This document shows, piece by piece, positions 52,601 to 64,000 of a stretch of DNA of 64,000 nucleotides. The translations under genes and the position numbers were made by a program. The stretch is from the human T2T-CHM13v2.0 reference genome, Homo sapiens. Below the pieces are notes generated by a model that was given only the letters and a program-made list of their open reading frames with translations, searched no databases and was not told the DNA's origin. Where the stretch lies: assembly GCF_009914755.1 (NCBI RefSeq), contig NC_060925.1; one strand, 5' to 3'. Numbering within the stretch: position 1 is the first letter of the stretch; the number at the start of each line of letters is the position of its first letter.

Positions 52601-54871
52601 CAGGTGGACACTGGGCAGCATCTGTCCCCTTCCCAGCCCCATGAACACATGCTGAGAGCTTACCACGGGGAGATGGGGAGGGCAGAGCAGAGAGGCCTGG
52701 GAGCACAGCGTTGCTGCTTCAGGGCCCAGGGACAGAGCAAAACGCCCAGCTGCCTATGGAACCAGCACCACGGTCACTTTGAGGACTGGAGGTCCTGGGG
52801 GCACTGATACCACCTGCTCCTTGGTCCCTACACTAGCAACCTCATGATGGGCACCCTTGGCAGTAAGACTTATGACTCCCTCAAGCTGCTTCACAAGCAG
52901 AGAATACTGCAGGGAGGCGCTGGGCAGGAAAAACTGGGGCTTCCCGGCTGGTACTGAGACATACGCACAAGTGCTTTGTCGGGGAGGTGGCTGGAGCCAT
53001 AGGAGAAATCTTTAAAGTTAACATGCCCTCATTTTCATCCACATCCAGGCGGTTTCCCAGGGGCATCCGAGTTACACACAGGAGGCTGGCCATGGAGGCA
53101 GATGTACTTGTACTTTTACAGCACAAGACAAAAATGGCAGATGAGGAGGAGTTGGAAAGAAGCCCAGCAGCCCTGTTGCAGCAACACCTCCCCATCCGGA
53201 TCCCACAGGGCACTCGGGCCCGGGCAAAGCTGCCTCCCTAAACAGGATTGAGGCTTCCCTTCCCTTTGAGACATGTACATTTTCTGATCAGGATCCAGTT
53301 CAGTGAGAATGAGTTTAGAAAACCTAGAAGGAAAAAGAAAAAAACCCAAAAGATAGGATTATTTACGGAACTGATACTTGTAAATGGCTTGAGAAGAAAG
53401 TAAACTCTCCTTCATACATTTCTGAACCCCCTCCATCATCACCACAATACCCAGCATGTCCATCATATACAGTGAGCCCTCAGCCCATGTTCATTACTCT
53501 GCTTATCTGAGGGGTGCTCTGAATTTGTGGAACCCACTCAGAACAAGGAGAGTAGAGAGGTGAAACCCCAATAGTTCCAAGTCTAGTTTATTTTTAAGCC
53601 CATAGAAATGCAACTATCCATAGATAGAATTAATACATATGCTCCAATGATTCCAACTATGGGATACATGGGAAATACCTGAATATTTTTACAGGGAAAA
53701 TTATAAAGGAGGCAGCAGGATGAATAAATTGCATTCTAGATTTACCCTTCTCTTTGTATTAGTTAGGATTTTGGACTTCAGAATAAGGTGAAATTGAAAT
53801 GTACATATTAATACAAAATAACTACAGTATTAAAAAGTAGAGGCAGAGCATGCATGCACACCAAGGCATTTCAGATGTGTCAGCCAGGGCTCTTACCACA
53901 CGGGGAAAAAATAAAGCCATTCTGGGAACCACTGGGACACAGGTCCAGCCCCCAAATGTGAAGCCTGATAATAGAAGAGGACAAAATCCTTTTGAGTGGG
54001 GCTCCAGGCCCAGAAGATTTCTGCAAACTATTATCTAATTTGATTCCCCTCATTGCATTACAGGAGGATTTAAAACACATCACCTCCAGCTGAAATGGGT
54101 TCTGGTAAATTTCTTGAGAGCTCTCACCGATCTCACGTCATCCTCTGGGTTCAGGGTCAACGCTACATTAATGACCCACCATTTATCCTCTGCGTAATTC
54201 ATTCCCTGGCAACCTATTTTATTTATGCTGTATAAATTCAGGAAGCAATTAATAGTTGCCACAAAAGCAACATGATTCAGGGTGCTTTTCTCAACAAAAC
54301 TTCAGAGCACGGCACTTCTCATGCCCCAAGGCAGGGAAGGGAAGCAAAGCTGACTGAGGAAAAGCACTAAATCATTTCGCTTCATGTTCTATCCTCCTTC
54401 TGCCCCTGGTTGGAGAGAGGCTGAGGTAACTTTCTGGCTTTTTCTCTTAGCACTTTCTTTTCCCCTTTCAAAAAGAAATCATTCCTGTTGCTGACAGCTG
54501 TCCATGCTACCTTTTTTGGTATCCTGTTTACCTTATGGTTCTGTTCAGGCAAAAGTAATTTAATAATAACACCATAAAAATCATGAGGAAAGAGCAGTTT
54601 ACTAATTAACCAAAAACAAATTATCCCAATGCAGAAAAGAAATGAAAATCGGAGTCCTTCCAGGATTTGACTTTATCTGCACTCCACAAGCATCCTCCCA
54701 GGTAGCTGAGACAGATATCAGCCAAAGAACGGAGAGGTGACTTGTTCATGTTGGCAGAGGGTCAAAAGAGAAGTCAGAATTCAAACAATCTGCTGGCTTC
54801 AGGTTCAGAGCATTTGTTAAGGCATTATATAATTTTTTTTTCTCTGAGGACTCCAAGCCATTTGCTCGTAA

Positions 54872-55335
54872 GCTGTGGTAGATGCTGTGGATTGGTTAAC
54901 CCAGCTCACATCCTCAGGCCCCTTCTCCCAGACAATTTTACTGTTAAGAGCTGCCCATTTGACTCAATGAGATGTAAGTGGAAGCCCCTGGGTGGCTTCC
55001 AAGACTGCTTTTTAAAGGAGACAAGACCCAGCTAGTGTGATTCTTTGGCCTTTTACCCTTCACCTTTTGGCCCTACACTCTTCTTGCCTGGAATGTGATT
55101 ACAAAGCTCCAGCTGCAGTCTTCCTGTGGCCCTGAGAATAAAGACCTATGTGCTAAAGAGATGGAAAGGAAAAATATAGAAAGGGCCTGGATTGCTGATG
55201 GCATCGATGAGCCACCATACCATCTCTGTACTGCCTATCCTCAGAATCTTGTAACGTGGAAGAAACAAACTTACCTCCTGGTTAAGCCCGGGTTAATTAG
55301 GTTTTCTGTTATCTGAAGCTGAAAGTATTGCAGCT
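54872..55335 (+). mobile_element. ERVL-type solo LTR (LTR16/LTR33-like)
   Basis: tgtggtagatgctgtg start; caatgagatgtaagtggaag; cttgcctggaatgtga; ggttaagcc...ggttttctgttatctgaagctgaaag end. Confidence 0.7.
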
Positions 55336-55339
55336 GAGA

Positions 55340-55343
<4 letters not shown>

Positions 55344-55398
<55 letters not shown>
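55344..55398. repeat. (CT)n(CA)n compound microsatellite
   Basis: Directly visible. Confidence 0.95.
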
Positions 55399-55400
<2 letters not shown>

Positions 55401-55419
55401 CAACTTCTTAGTAGGAACT

Positions 55420-56250
55420 AGACATTCCTTAACATGATAAAGAATGGCAATCTTAAACCTACAGCCAACATTATATTTTAATCAGTTGAAAGACATTCAT
55501 TTTCCCTTAAAATCCAGGAGAAAGACAAGAATGCTCCATATTACCTCTACTATTTAAATACTTAAGAAGTTCTGTCTTAAAAAATAGATAAATACATAGA
55601 GATACAACTGCTGGAAAGAATAAGATAAAATAGTTATGATGTGCAAATGAATAAACCCAAGAGAATAAAGGAAAGGCTTACAAGTATAGATTTATTAAAG
55701 TATAAGAGACACAAGACAATATATAAAAACTAAAAACACTTCTATGTTGCTAGTAACAAGCAAAATTTAAAACAGAGAAATCGAACCTTTAAAAATGTTA
55801 ATATGCTTTATGCTATAATCCTCCCTCCAGTAATCTAAGGAAAAATCCAAGATATGATAAATAAATATATAATAAATATGTATTATCAGGAAGGCCACCT
55901 AAGTGTCAGCAACATCATAAGTAGGTAAACAAATTATTCTATGACTTAAGTTCGATAATATTAAAACCATATTCTCAAAGACTAATGACATGAGAAAACA
56001 TTAACAATATAATGTTAAATGAAAATAGATGTTTATAAGACTGTACACATCATATAAATAGGCAAAAGGCAGACAGACAGGCAGACACACAAACACACAC
56101 ACGAATAATGGGGGAGGGGAAAATACTAGAAAGAAATACACCAAAATACTAAGAAGGTAATCTGTAAATAGTGGGATCATAGATTATTTTCATTTCTTTA
56201 TATTTTTAATATTTTCCAAATATTCTCTACTAAGCATTTACTTAGCTTGT
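55420..56250 (+). mobile_element. Degraded L1M (L1ME-like) fragments
   Basis: cttaacatgataaag...aaacctacagccaacattata...ttcccttaaaatccaggagaaagacaagaatgc (ORF2); aaatactagaaagaaatacaccaaaat (3'UTR). Confidence 0.65.
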
Positions 56251-57274
56251 AATTCAGTGTCTCTGACCATTACAACATGGTAACTCTCAATCACATGGAC
56301 CACCAGCTTTGTCAGGGTTATAGTTCTGCATAACAACCACTAAGACAGCACAACCTCTACCTCCACCTAGATTTTTTTTTCTTTATAGGGTAGTAAGGAA
56401 CATTTGTTTTCTCCCTAGTGAAGAAGTAAAAATGCTTCTTTTATAAACACTAGAAACTCCTTTTACAAACACTTAAGAAAACTGGAATAGAAAATTGGGA
56501 TCTTTTGATAAGTGTCTGTTCATGTCCTTTGTCCTTTGGTTTTCTAGGGGCTGACATTAAGTTAACAGGCAGTACTACTGATAAATATCTCATAACCTGG
56601 ACTACTCAACCCAAGAAGTGCTGAATACAGTGAGGATGGCTAACACCCACACCATAGAGAGCGTGCCACAAAGAAGTCAATGTCTTTGGTTTGCTGAGGT
56701 CTCGAGCCCACCCCAATGTGATTGTTAGCTAAGACACTAAGCACAAATTAAATGTAGAGACTGAAATGTGTTTTTCCCCTAAAAATTAAGAGTCAGGATG
56801 TGAGTCTTGAAGGATATTCTGCAAGGCAGAAGGAAGAATGAGAGAAAAGAAGAGACTGTGTCTGCATTAAGCTTTGGTCACTGGCCATATGGGTCTTCTC
56901 AAGGGCAGAGCACCAGTACTCTAGTAGGGGGCTCCACAGAGTCATCTCAAACCTAAAAGAGACGTTCATACATTCAGCAGAAACTTCAGAGGAATCCCTA
57001 AGATCAAATGTGTACCCTGTGAAGTATTAATATTTGCCTGGTCTTGCTCATTGCATATCTTTCTAAATAGGATTGTCATCACAAGTAACCCAGCTTTTCT
57101 GGGATGCTAGGAGTATTGCCTAGAGATAAGGCCATCCACCTAAGAGGGAAGCCGGTAGTTTTAGCTGCCTGAATAGTAATTCCATGTGATAAGTCAGATA
57201 CATTGTAAGAAAAGATAAAGGTAGAAAGCAATGACAAAATGCCATGTAGTATTACACAAAAGCTAAACATTATG

Positions 57275-57800
57275 TCCATACTAAAACTTCTACATAAATG
57301 TTTATAGTAGCATTACTCATAGTAGCCAAAAAAAGTTAAAACAACCCAAATATCTACCAACAGCTGAATGATAAACAAAATGTGGTACATCCATACAATC
57401 AAATACTACTCATCCATAAAAAAGAATGCAGTACTGATACGTGCTACACATGGACGAACCCTAAAAACATTATGCTGAGTAAAAGAAGTCAAATACAAAA
57501 GACCTCACGCTGTATGATTTCATTTATGTGAAATGTCCACAATAGGCAAATCCATAGAAACAGAAAGTAGACTAATGGTTGCCAAGGGCTGGGGAGTTAT
57601 GGATAGGTAGTTACTGCTAATGGATACAGAGTTTCTTTGGAGGGTGATGACAGCATTCTAAAATGATAGTGAAAATAGGGGTGACAGTTGCACAACTCTG
57701 TGAACATACTAAAAAACCACTGAGTTGTACAATTCACTTCAAAGAGTGAATTTTATGGTATGTCAATTATATCTCAATAAAACTACTACTAAAAAAATAA
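57275..57800 (+). mobile_element. L1MB-like 3' end
   Basis: gataaacaaaatgtggtacatccatacaa; ggcaaatccatagaaacagaaagtagactaatggttgcc; ends tcaattatatctcaataaa. Confidence 0.85.
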
Positions 57801-57934
57801 ACATATGTTTTGATTCCTCTCTCCTCTGCAATAGCTTCCTTGTTTTTCTCTCAGTTTTTCTGTTTCACTCTAAAGATAACGCCAGAATAATCTTCCTAAT
57901 ACTGCCATCAAATAATTTCTACGGTCAAGAACCC

Positions 57935-59190
57935 ACCATGCCTTACCTCACACCATATAAAACATCAACACAAAATGGACCAAAGACCTAATTGCAAGGG
58001 CAAAAACTATAAAACTCTTACTAGAAAATATAGAGATAAATTTTTATGACTTGGCAATGGCTTCTTGGATATAACAACAAAAGCACAATCAACAAAAGAA
58101 AAAATAAATCATTTGACTTTACCAAAATTGAAAACTTTTCTGCATCGAAAGACACAATCAAGAAAATGAAAAGACAACCCACAGAATAGGAGAAAATATT
58201 TGCAAATCATATAACATATACAGGTCTAGTATCTAGGATATATAAAGAGTGCAACCTGCAGAATGGGAGAAAATATTTGCAAATCATATATAAGAGTCTA
58301 ATATCCGGAATATATAGAGTGCTAAACAATTCAACAACAAAAAGACAAACACAACTTTAAAATGGGCAAAGGACTTAAATAGACATTGTTCCAGAAATAG
58401 CAAACAAATGGCTAATAAACATATGAAAATATGCTCAACATCATTAGTCTTTAGGGAAATGCAAATCAAAACCAGAATGAGATACCACTTTATACCTACT
58501 AGGATGGCCATAATATAAAAATGAAAAATAATGAGTGTTGGTGAGGATATGGAGAAATTGTAACCCTCATATATTGCTGGTGGGAAGAAAAATGGTACAT
58601 CTGCTGTGGAAAACAGTTTGACAGTTCCTCAAAAACTTAAACATAGAATTGTCATGTGACCAAGCAATTCCACACCTAGGCACAGGCCCAAGCGAACTGA
58701 AAATAGGTGTTCAAACAAAGCTTGTACAAAATCTTCATAGCAGCATTGATTCACAATAGTCAAAAGGTAGAAACAACCCAAATGTCTACCAAATGATGAA
58801 TGATATGCCAAATGTGGTGTGTATATATACGGTGGAATATTACTTACCCATAAAAAGGAACGTAGTACTGATACATGCTCCAGCATGGATGAACCTCAAA
58901 AATCTTATGCTAAGTGAGAGAAGCCAGACATAAAAGGCCACATACTGTATGATTTATTTTATATGAAATATCCAGAATAGGCAAATTTATAAAGATAGAA
59001 AACCAAGTAGGGGCTCTGGTAAAGGAAGAAAGGGGGCTGTCTGCTTAATGGGCACAGAGTTTCTTTCAGGGATGATGGAAATATTCTGGAATTAGATAAT
59101 GGTTGCACAAAATTGTGAATTTACTAAAAGCCACTGAATTATACACTTTACAATTTTATATGACTTTTATCTCAATAAACAGAAAAAAAA
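57935..59190 (+). mobile_element. L1MB-like element: ORF2 3' remnant and 3'UTR
   Basis: ccttacctcacaccatat...aaatgggcaaaggacttaaatagaca...agggaaatgcaaatcaaaacc..atgagataccac; ends atctcaataaa. Confidence 0.88.
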
Positions 59191-59429
59191 TTACCCACTA
59201 TGGTTCCTTAACACCTAGACTTTGAAAGCACTTCTTCAATTATTCCTATCCCTTTCTTTTCTGACTTTTCCATTCCTTTTTATTCATGTCCTAATTCAGT
59301 ACACCAGTGCTGTGCCCCTTAGATCAGAACACAATTTGCTGATTCCAAACTCTATTTCCTCAAATGCTATTTTCTTCACCTGGAATACCTCCCTTACTCC
59401 CCTACCATGTAAAAAATCTCAGAATCAAA

Positions 59430-59660
59430 AGGGCCAGAATGTAATTCCAGATCACTACTTACTGTCTTACCTTGAGCAAGTCAACTTTTCCAAGCCTCAT
59501 TTCTTTACGTGTAAAATGAGTAGTCAAATTTCAATTAATAAATATATGTATCAAAATTCTGCTTTGTTCTAGAGTAATATTACCTGCCCAGCCCACTATA
59601 CAGGTCAGTTAACCATACAAAATATACAGAAATGCTTCATGAATTATAAAGCACCAAATC
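59430..59660 (+). mobile_element. MIR SINE fragment
   Basis: accttgagcaagtcaacttttccaagcctcatttctttacgtgtaaaatgag. Confidence 0.6.
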
Positions 59661-60999
59661 TATGTAAGGTCATAATATAATCTATGCCACTGTTTCCCAA
59701 GCTTCAGGAATTTTCATATCACAAAAGTGGTGTATGCCAAGTCTCACCACCATAAAATTATAACTTAACATTTGTAATCAACTCACTCATTTTACTTAAA
59801 CAGATTCATTTTAAAATAGAAAGCTTATATCACTGCCATGACATCATTGGTTTCATGTTATAATGTTTCTATACATGTTAAAAATAAAGACACTACCATA
59901 ACAATATAAAATGCGTACCCAGATGCCACGTAAAGTCACCTTCTGTACCATCTCTAGCAGCACACATGGTAAACACTGATCTCTGCAAACTGCCTTTTTA
60001 AAGATCTGAATCCAAATTTACCTACTCTAGAAAACCTCCCCCTCCCTTGATCTACTTTTCATCCCATTTTAGGACTTCTTTGCTCCTTCATGATAAGTCC
60101 TTGCGTGTTTAATTTATACCCCATCACTTTTGTGTGTTTTAACTTCACTGTTCTCAATACTTTCACATCTGTGCTTTTTCTTCTGTACTAGATTGTAAAA
60201 TACCAAAGGCAAAGACTTTGACTTGTTTCTTTTAGTTCCTCCCATAGGCCCAACTACAGCACAAAAACATTTACTGAATGGATAAAAGGTTGACTGGATG
60301 TTAATTGTCTACTAAATGCTTGTAGTTAACCTATCATCTCATTTCTAAAGATAGAGCAAAATTAACCCACATCACTTCCTACTCTATATGTAGCTACACT
60401 AATAGCCTAATACAGATACCAATCCATGAGAAAGGTGAAAATAAGACTCATGCCTGGCACATCGCAGGCATTCAGTCGATTCTGTGGAATGGATGTTGAA
60501 TAAGTGAGATGATTACTTAGCAGTGCCTGCTTTTTCAGACAGACCACCTGCAGAAGGTGAGGGGCACAGACTAGTCAGCGTGTGAAAACTAACGCCCACC
60601 TAGGGCTGAACATCCGAGCTGTGAGCAGCTGAACTCAGGGCTCTGGTCAAAACCACCTTCCACCAGCCCAAGTGCAGCTCTACCCTGATGAGGGGCTCAG
60701 TCCTCAGCTTGCTACTCTACTAATTAGAAGTAAATCTCTATAATACAGGAGAGCCTTTGAGTGTCCACAGTGCATTTTGGCCATGAGTCTCAAAGCAGTG
60801 ACAAAAGAAGCTGTGAGTGAAATTACTGATTGAATACATCGAGACCCAGAGCAATCCTTGTGTCAATGTTGACAGACCAGCTCTTTATCATCCAGCTCCA
60901 GGAGGACAAACGTAAAGCAAAACCACCAGAGATATAGGGAGAAAAGGAATGTTTGCAACTACAGGACCATGGAGTTTTGGATTAATAAAATAATAAATA

Positions 61000-61200
61000 T
61001 TAATAACAACATGAATTGTTTTTAATCCTAAAGGAGCATAGCTCTTTACAGTCTACAAAGTGTTACTCAAATTTCATTATCCCATATGATCTTTATACCA
61101 GCCTTATCAGAGAAATAATTTGCCCATTTTTACAAATGAAGAAACTGAGGTTCAAAGGGCATCTTAAGCCCAGGTTTTCTGACTCCAAATACAGTGCTCT
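61000..61200 (-). mobile_element. MIR SINE
   Basis: tgcccatttttacaaatgaagaaactgaggttcaaagg...cccaggttttctgactccaaa. Confidence 0.75.
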
Positions 61201-61785
61201 TTTGATCTCAGCATCATTTAGTTAAGCCAGCTTTCTTCTTTGTGCTGAAACATAGTAAGTAAATGTTTAATATAAGAAGATTCTAGAATGCCTTCTATAC
61301 CAATGTTATAACAAAGATTCACTCCAAGTTTAAAGCACTGCTACAAAGTCTTCCTTATGTGAGCTAAATGTCTCTCCAGGGAGCCCCTGCCACTCCTTAG
61401 CCCCCAGATGACCACCACATCATCATCTCTAAAACCCTCCAAAGGCTACTGCACAGACCCTAAAAGAAACTCAAGCAAACTCTACCTACTAGATTCTTAA
61501 TCACAACATCATCATGTTGGTCTCAAAACAAGACCCTGCTCCTCACCATAATTCTCGTTAGAAGATCTCTATCTGGCCTCCCAGACTTGTATAATCAGTT
61601 TGTTCCCCTTACTTACTCTTGGATTATCTGTACTAGTGAATAACTGGAGAAACAGAACTATACATTCTAATTAAACCATTCTATTGTTTTTATTTTTTTC
61701 CTTTTGTGTATTTTGTACCAATGATAACTAGATGAGGATAGTATAATTCCTTTCCTTCATTGTTCAATTTAGATCACTATTTAAA

Positions 61786-61840
61786 AATATATATGTATAT
61801 GTATATGTATATACATATGTGTGTGTGTGTGTGTGTATAC
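61786..61840. repeat. (TA)/(TATG)/(TG)n compound microsatellite
   Basis: Directly visible. Confidence 0.9.
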
Positions 61841-62320
61841 ATTCTTTCCAACACTGTCTTTTCACAAGCTATCCAGTGCCCCCAAGATGAGGATTATCTA
61901 TGACAGCCCCACAGTCCTTGGATGAGAGAGAACAGAGCATCCTCTTCTCAGTTAATTACCATTTCTTGCCTGTGCATTTGATTTCAATAAAGTCTCTCTA
62001 ATTACTTCAAATATCACCGTGCCTCCCCCCTCCCTCTCTCCTGTGCCCCTCTTTCTCTTTGAGAGCGTGAGACTGATGAACTCAAACACCAGCAAGCCTC
62101 AGGCATATGCTGCAACGAGCAAAGACTTCTCAAAGTTAATAAGCCAGGAGAGTTAATAAACCAGACTTCCCAAAGTTAATAAACCTGGAAAACACAATTA
62201 TCACTACTTTTACTATTATTAAAATATTGCCATTATGATTGTTGTTGTTATTCTCAGCCTTATCTGCAGCTACCCTAAGACCCTCCCCCGGGCCTGCCTG
62301 CCTCCTCTTCCTTCCCCCAT

Positions 62321-62580
62321 CCTCACCAGTGGCAGTAATATTGTGTGAGTAATCCCAGGGGGGCTCCCCGGCACTGCCCTGTTGGAGGAAGCAATATTGG
62401 AGCTCGTGCAGCCCCTGGTCCCTTCAGGCCCAGCTCTGCCCTTTTATATTACACACTGTTCAGTCAAATCCATCACTGGCCTCCCAGATCTTTCCAATAG
62501 GCATGAGAAGGCTGGGTGGAAATGATGATTAAAGGAGCTAGAGACGGGGAGGAGGGGAAGGGGGGTAGATGAGATAGGGG
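62321..62580 (-). promoter_or_regulatory. Candidate TATA promoter and short first exon (unconfirmed)
   Basis: Minus-strand TATAAAAG at 62448-62441, CCAAT at ~62494, G-rich boxes at 62546-62580, donor CTG|GTGAGG at 62327/62326. Confidence 0.25.
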
Positions 62581-63164
62581 AGAAGATATTTGGGTTTTGG
62601 ACATGCCTGAGCTGTCACTGAGTCCGATTTCCATATGATGGCTTCTGAGGATCAGTACTTCCCTGCACCCTCTAGGCAAGGCATGATTCTCCCAGGATCC
62701 ACTAGGAATGTCTCAAATCAGGGTAATATTAACCGTAACTGCTTTGCAGACTCCCCACAAATGTGTTCCTCTCTCTCCTGCTTTCTTTCCCTTTGGAGGA
62801 ATCAATGGAGACGGAATTCTTTTAGAACTGGTCAATGGTATTAAACAAGTGGGGAAAGGATCACAGGGCAGCAGGGCCTTACAATTCATCTAGGCCAACT
62901 TCTCATTTTATTCATGAAGAAACTGAAGCCCAGCAAAGTCAAGTGTGCCTGGGCCAGCTGGTTAAGAGGAGTTTCTAGACTGGCCGCCTGGCCTGTTGAT
63001 CTCCAGCACACCTTCCTTTTGCACCTGGCTGCATCCTTTTCTTCCCCAGTTCTTCCTAGGCCCTCTTCATCCTGTTTCCTGTCAAACTCAACCATTTCCC
63101 CCAAACTTGCTCAGTTCCACGTAGTTGCTATTTCAGTGATTTGTATCACTATGCCCCTGTGATC

Positions 63165-63366
63165 CCCAACTAGGAGAGATTCTAGATGTCTAGAGATATA
63201 CTTGATTGTTACAAGTGCAATCACAATTGGCATCAAGTGGGTAGAGCCAGGGATGCTGCTAAACACCCTACAATGTGCAGGGCAGCCCCCTCACCCCCAG
63301 ACACACACACAGAACAAATAATCATATGGCTTACAATGGCAATAGTGCTGAGACAGAGAAACCCTA
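63165..63366. mobile_element. MER20 (hAT-Charlie)
   Basis: tggcatcaagtgggtagagccagggatgctgctaaacaccctacaatgtgcagggcagccccc...caatagtgctgagacagagaaaccct. Confidence 0.85.
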
Positions 63367-64000
63367 CTACATCCACCATGGCTCAACAACTCAATTACCT
63401 TGAAATTTCCTTGATGGGCAGCTGAAAACATGCATCTAGAGACTAGGGTAGAGATGGATTTGGTAGGTTTGAGATCCAGAAGTCACCCTCTGGAGACGCC
63501 AGCTGAAACTGGGAGAGTGGACAAGTTCATTGGCTGGAAGAAGGTAGGCAAAAGAGATATAAGGAGAGGACTGTGGGAAAGGACCACAGAGGGACCGAAA
63601 GGAGGAAGCAGCAGTACTCCAAGGAGAGAAGAAATCCAAGTGCAACCCAAACAATGGGCTAACTCTACCTTTGCAATACAACCAAGCAGAGGCTCAAGCC
63701 ATGTTTCAAAGGACTACTGCAGTAGACATGGACACCCAGAAAAAGCCCCAGGTCACCCTGATCCCAACAAAGCCAAGCCTGACTTAGAGAAAGAGCTACT
63801 GAAGATGGCCCTCTGAGCGTGCAGAACCACCAGAAGGCAAGGGCAGGACTGCTGCCAAATCCTGGAGCTGAGTCTTGAATTCCAGGTCCTATCCCAGAAC
63901 CCATCCAGAAAGGACACAGACACAAAGGCAGCGATTCCTCCACTGCCCTGAACAACCAGCACTTAGGAATCCCCTCCCAACTGACAGCCTCAGGTTTCTC

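Overview
This is human (primate) non-coding genomic DNA, intronic or intergenic, with no supportable protein-coding gene, RNA gene or CpG island. The ORF track consists of chance ORFs and Alu/L1/microsatellite-derived ORFs. The window is a MIR/L2-rich landscape with 7 Alus, several 5'-truncated L1s, MaLR/ERVL solo LTRs, DNA-transposon fossils (MER2, Tigger3, MER3, MER5, MER20, MER45) and a CR1/L3 fragment. One Alu carries all six AluYg6 diagnostic bases and a perfect 17-bp TSD, which points to human. The most unusual structure is a ~327-bp, ~98% identical inverted copy (8137-8464) of the L1PA 3' end plus its downstream flank (6322-6648). It sits 1.5 kb from its source between 10-bp direct repeats and has templated-looking filler. 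There is also a 113-bp dispersed direct duplication of apparently unique sequence (42264/44061) and several micro-duplications. Retroelement orientation bias hints at a minus-strand host transcription unit, and a candidate minus-strand TATA promoter/first exon lies near 62.3-62.6 kb. I could not identify the locus or host gene. Repeat family names come from recalled consensus motifs, and the boundaries of old repeats are approximate. I found no evidence for a wholly new biological system; the best leads are mutational-mechanism and regulatory ones.
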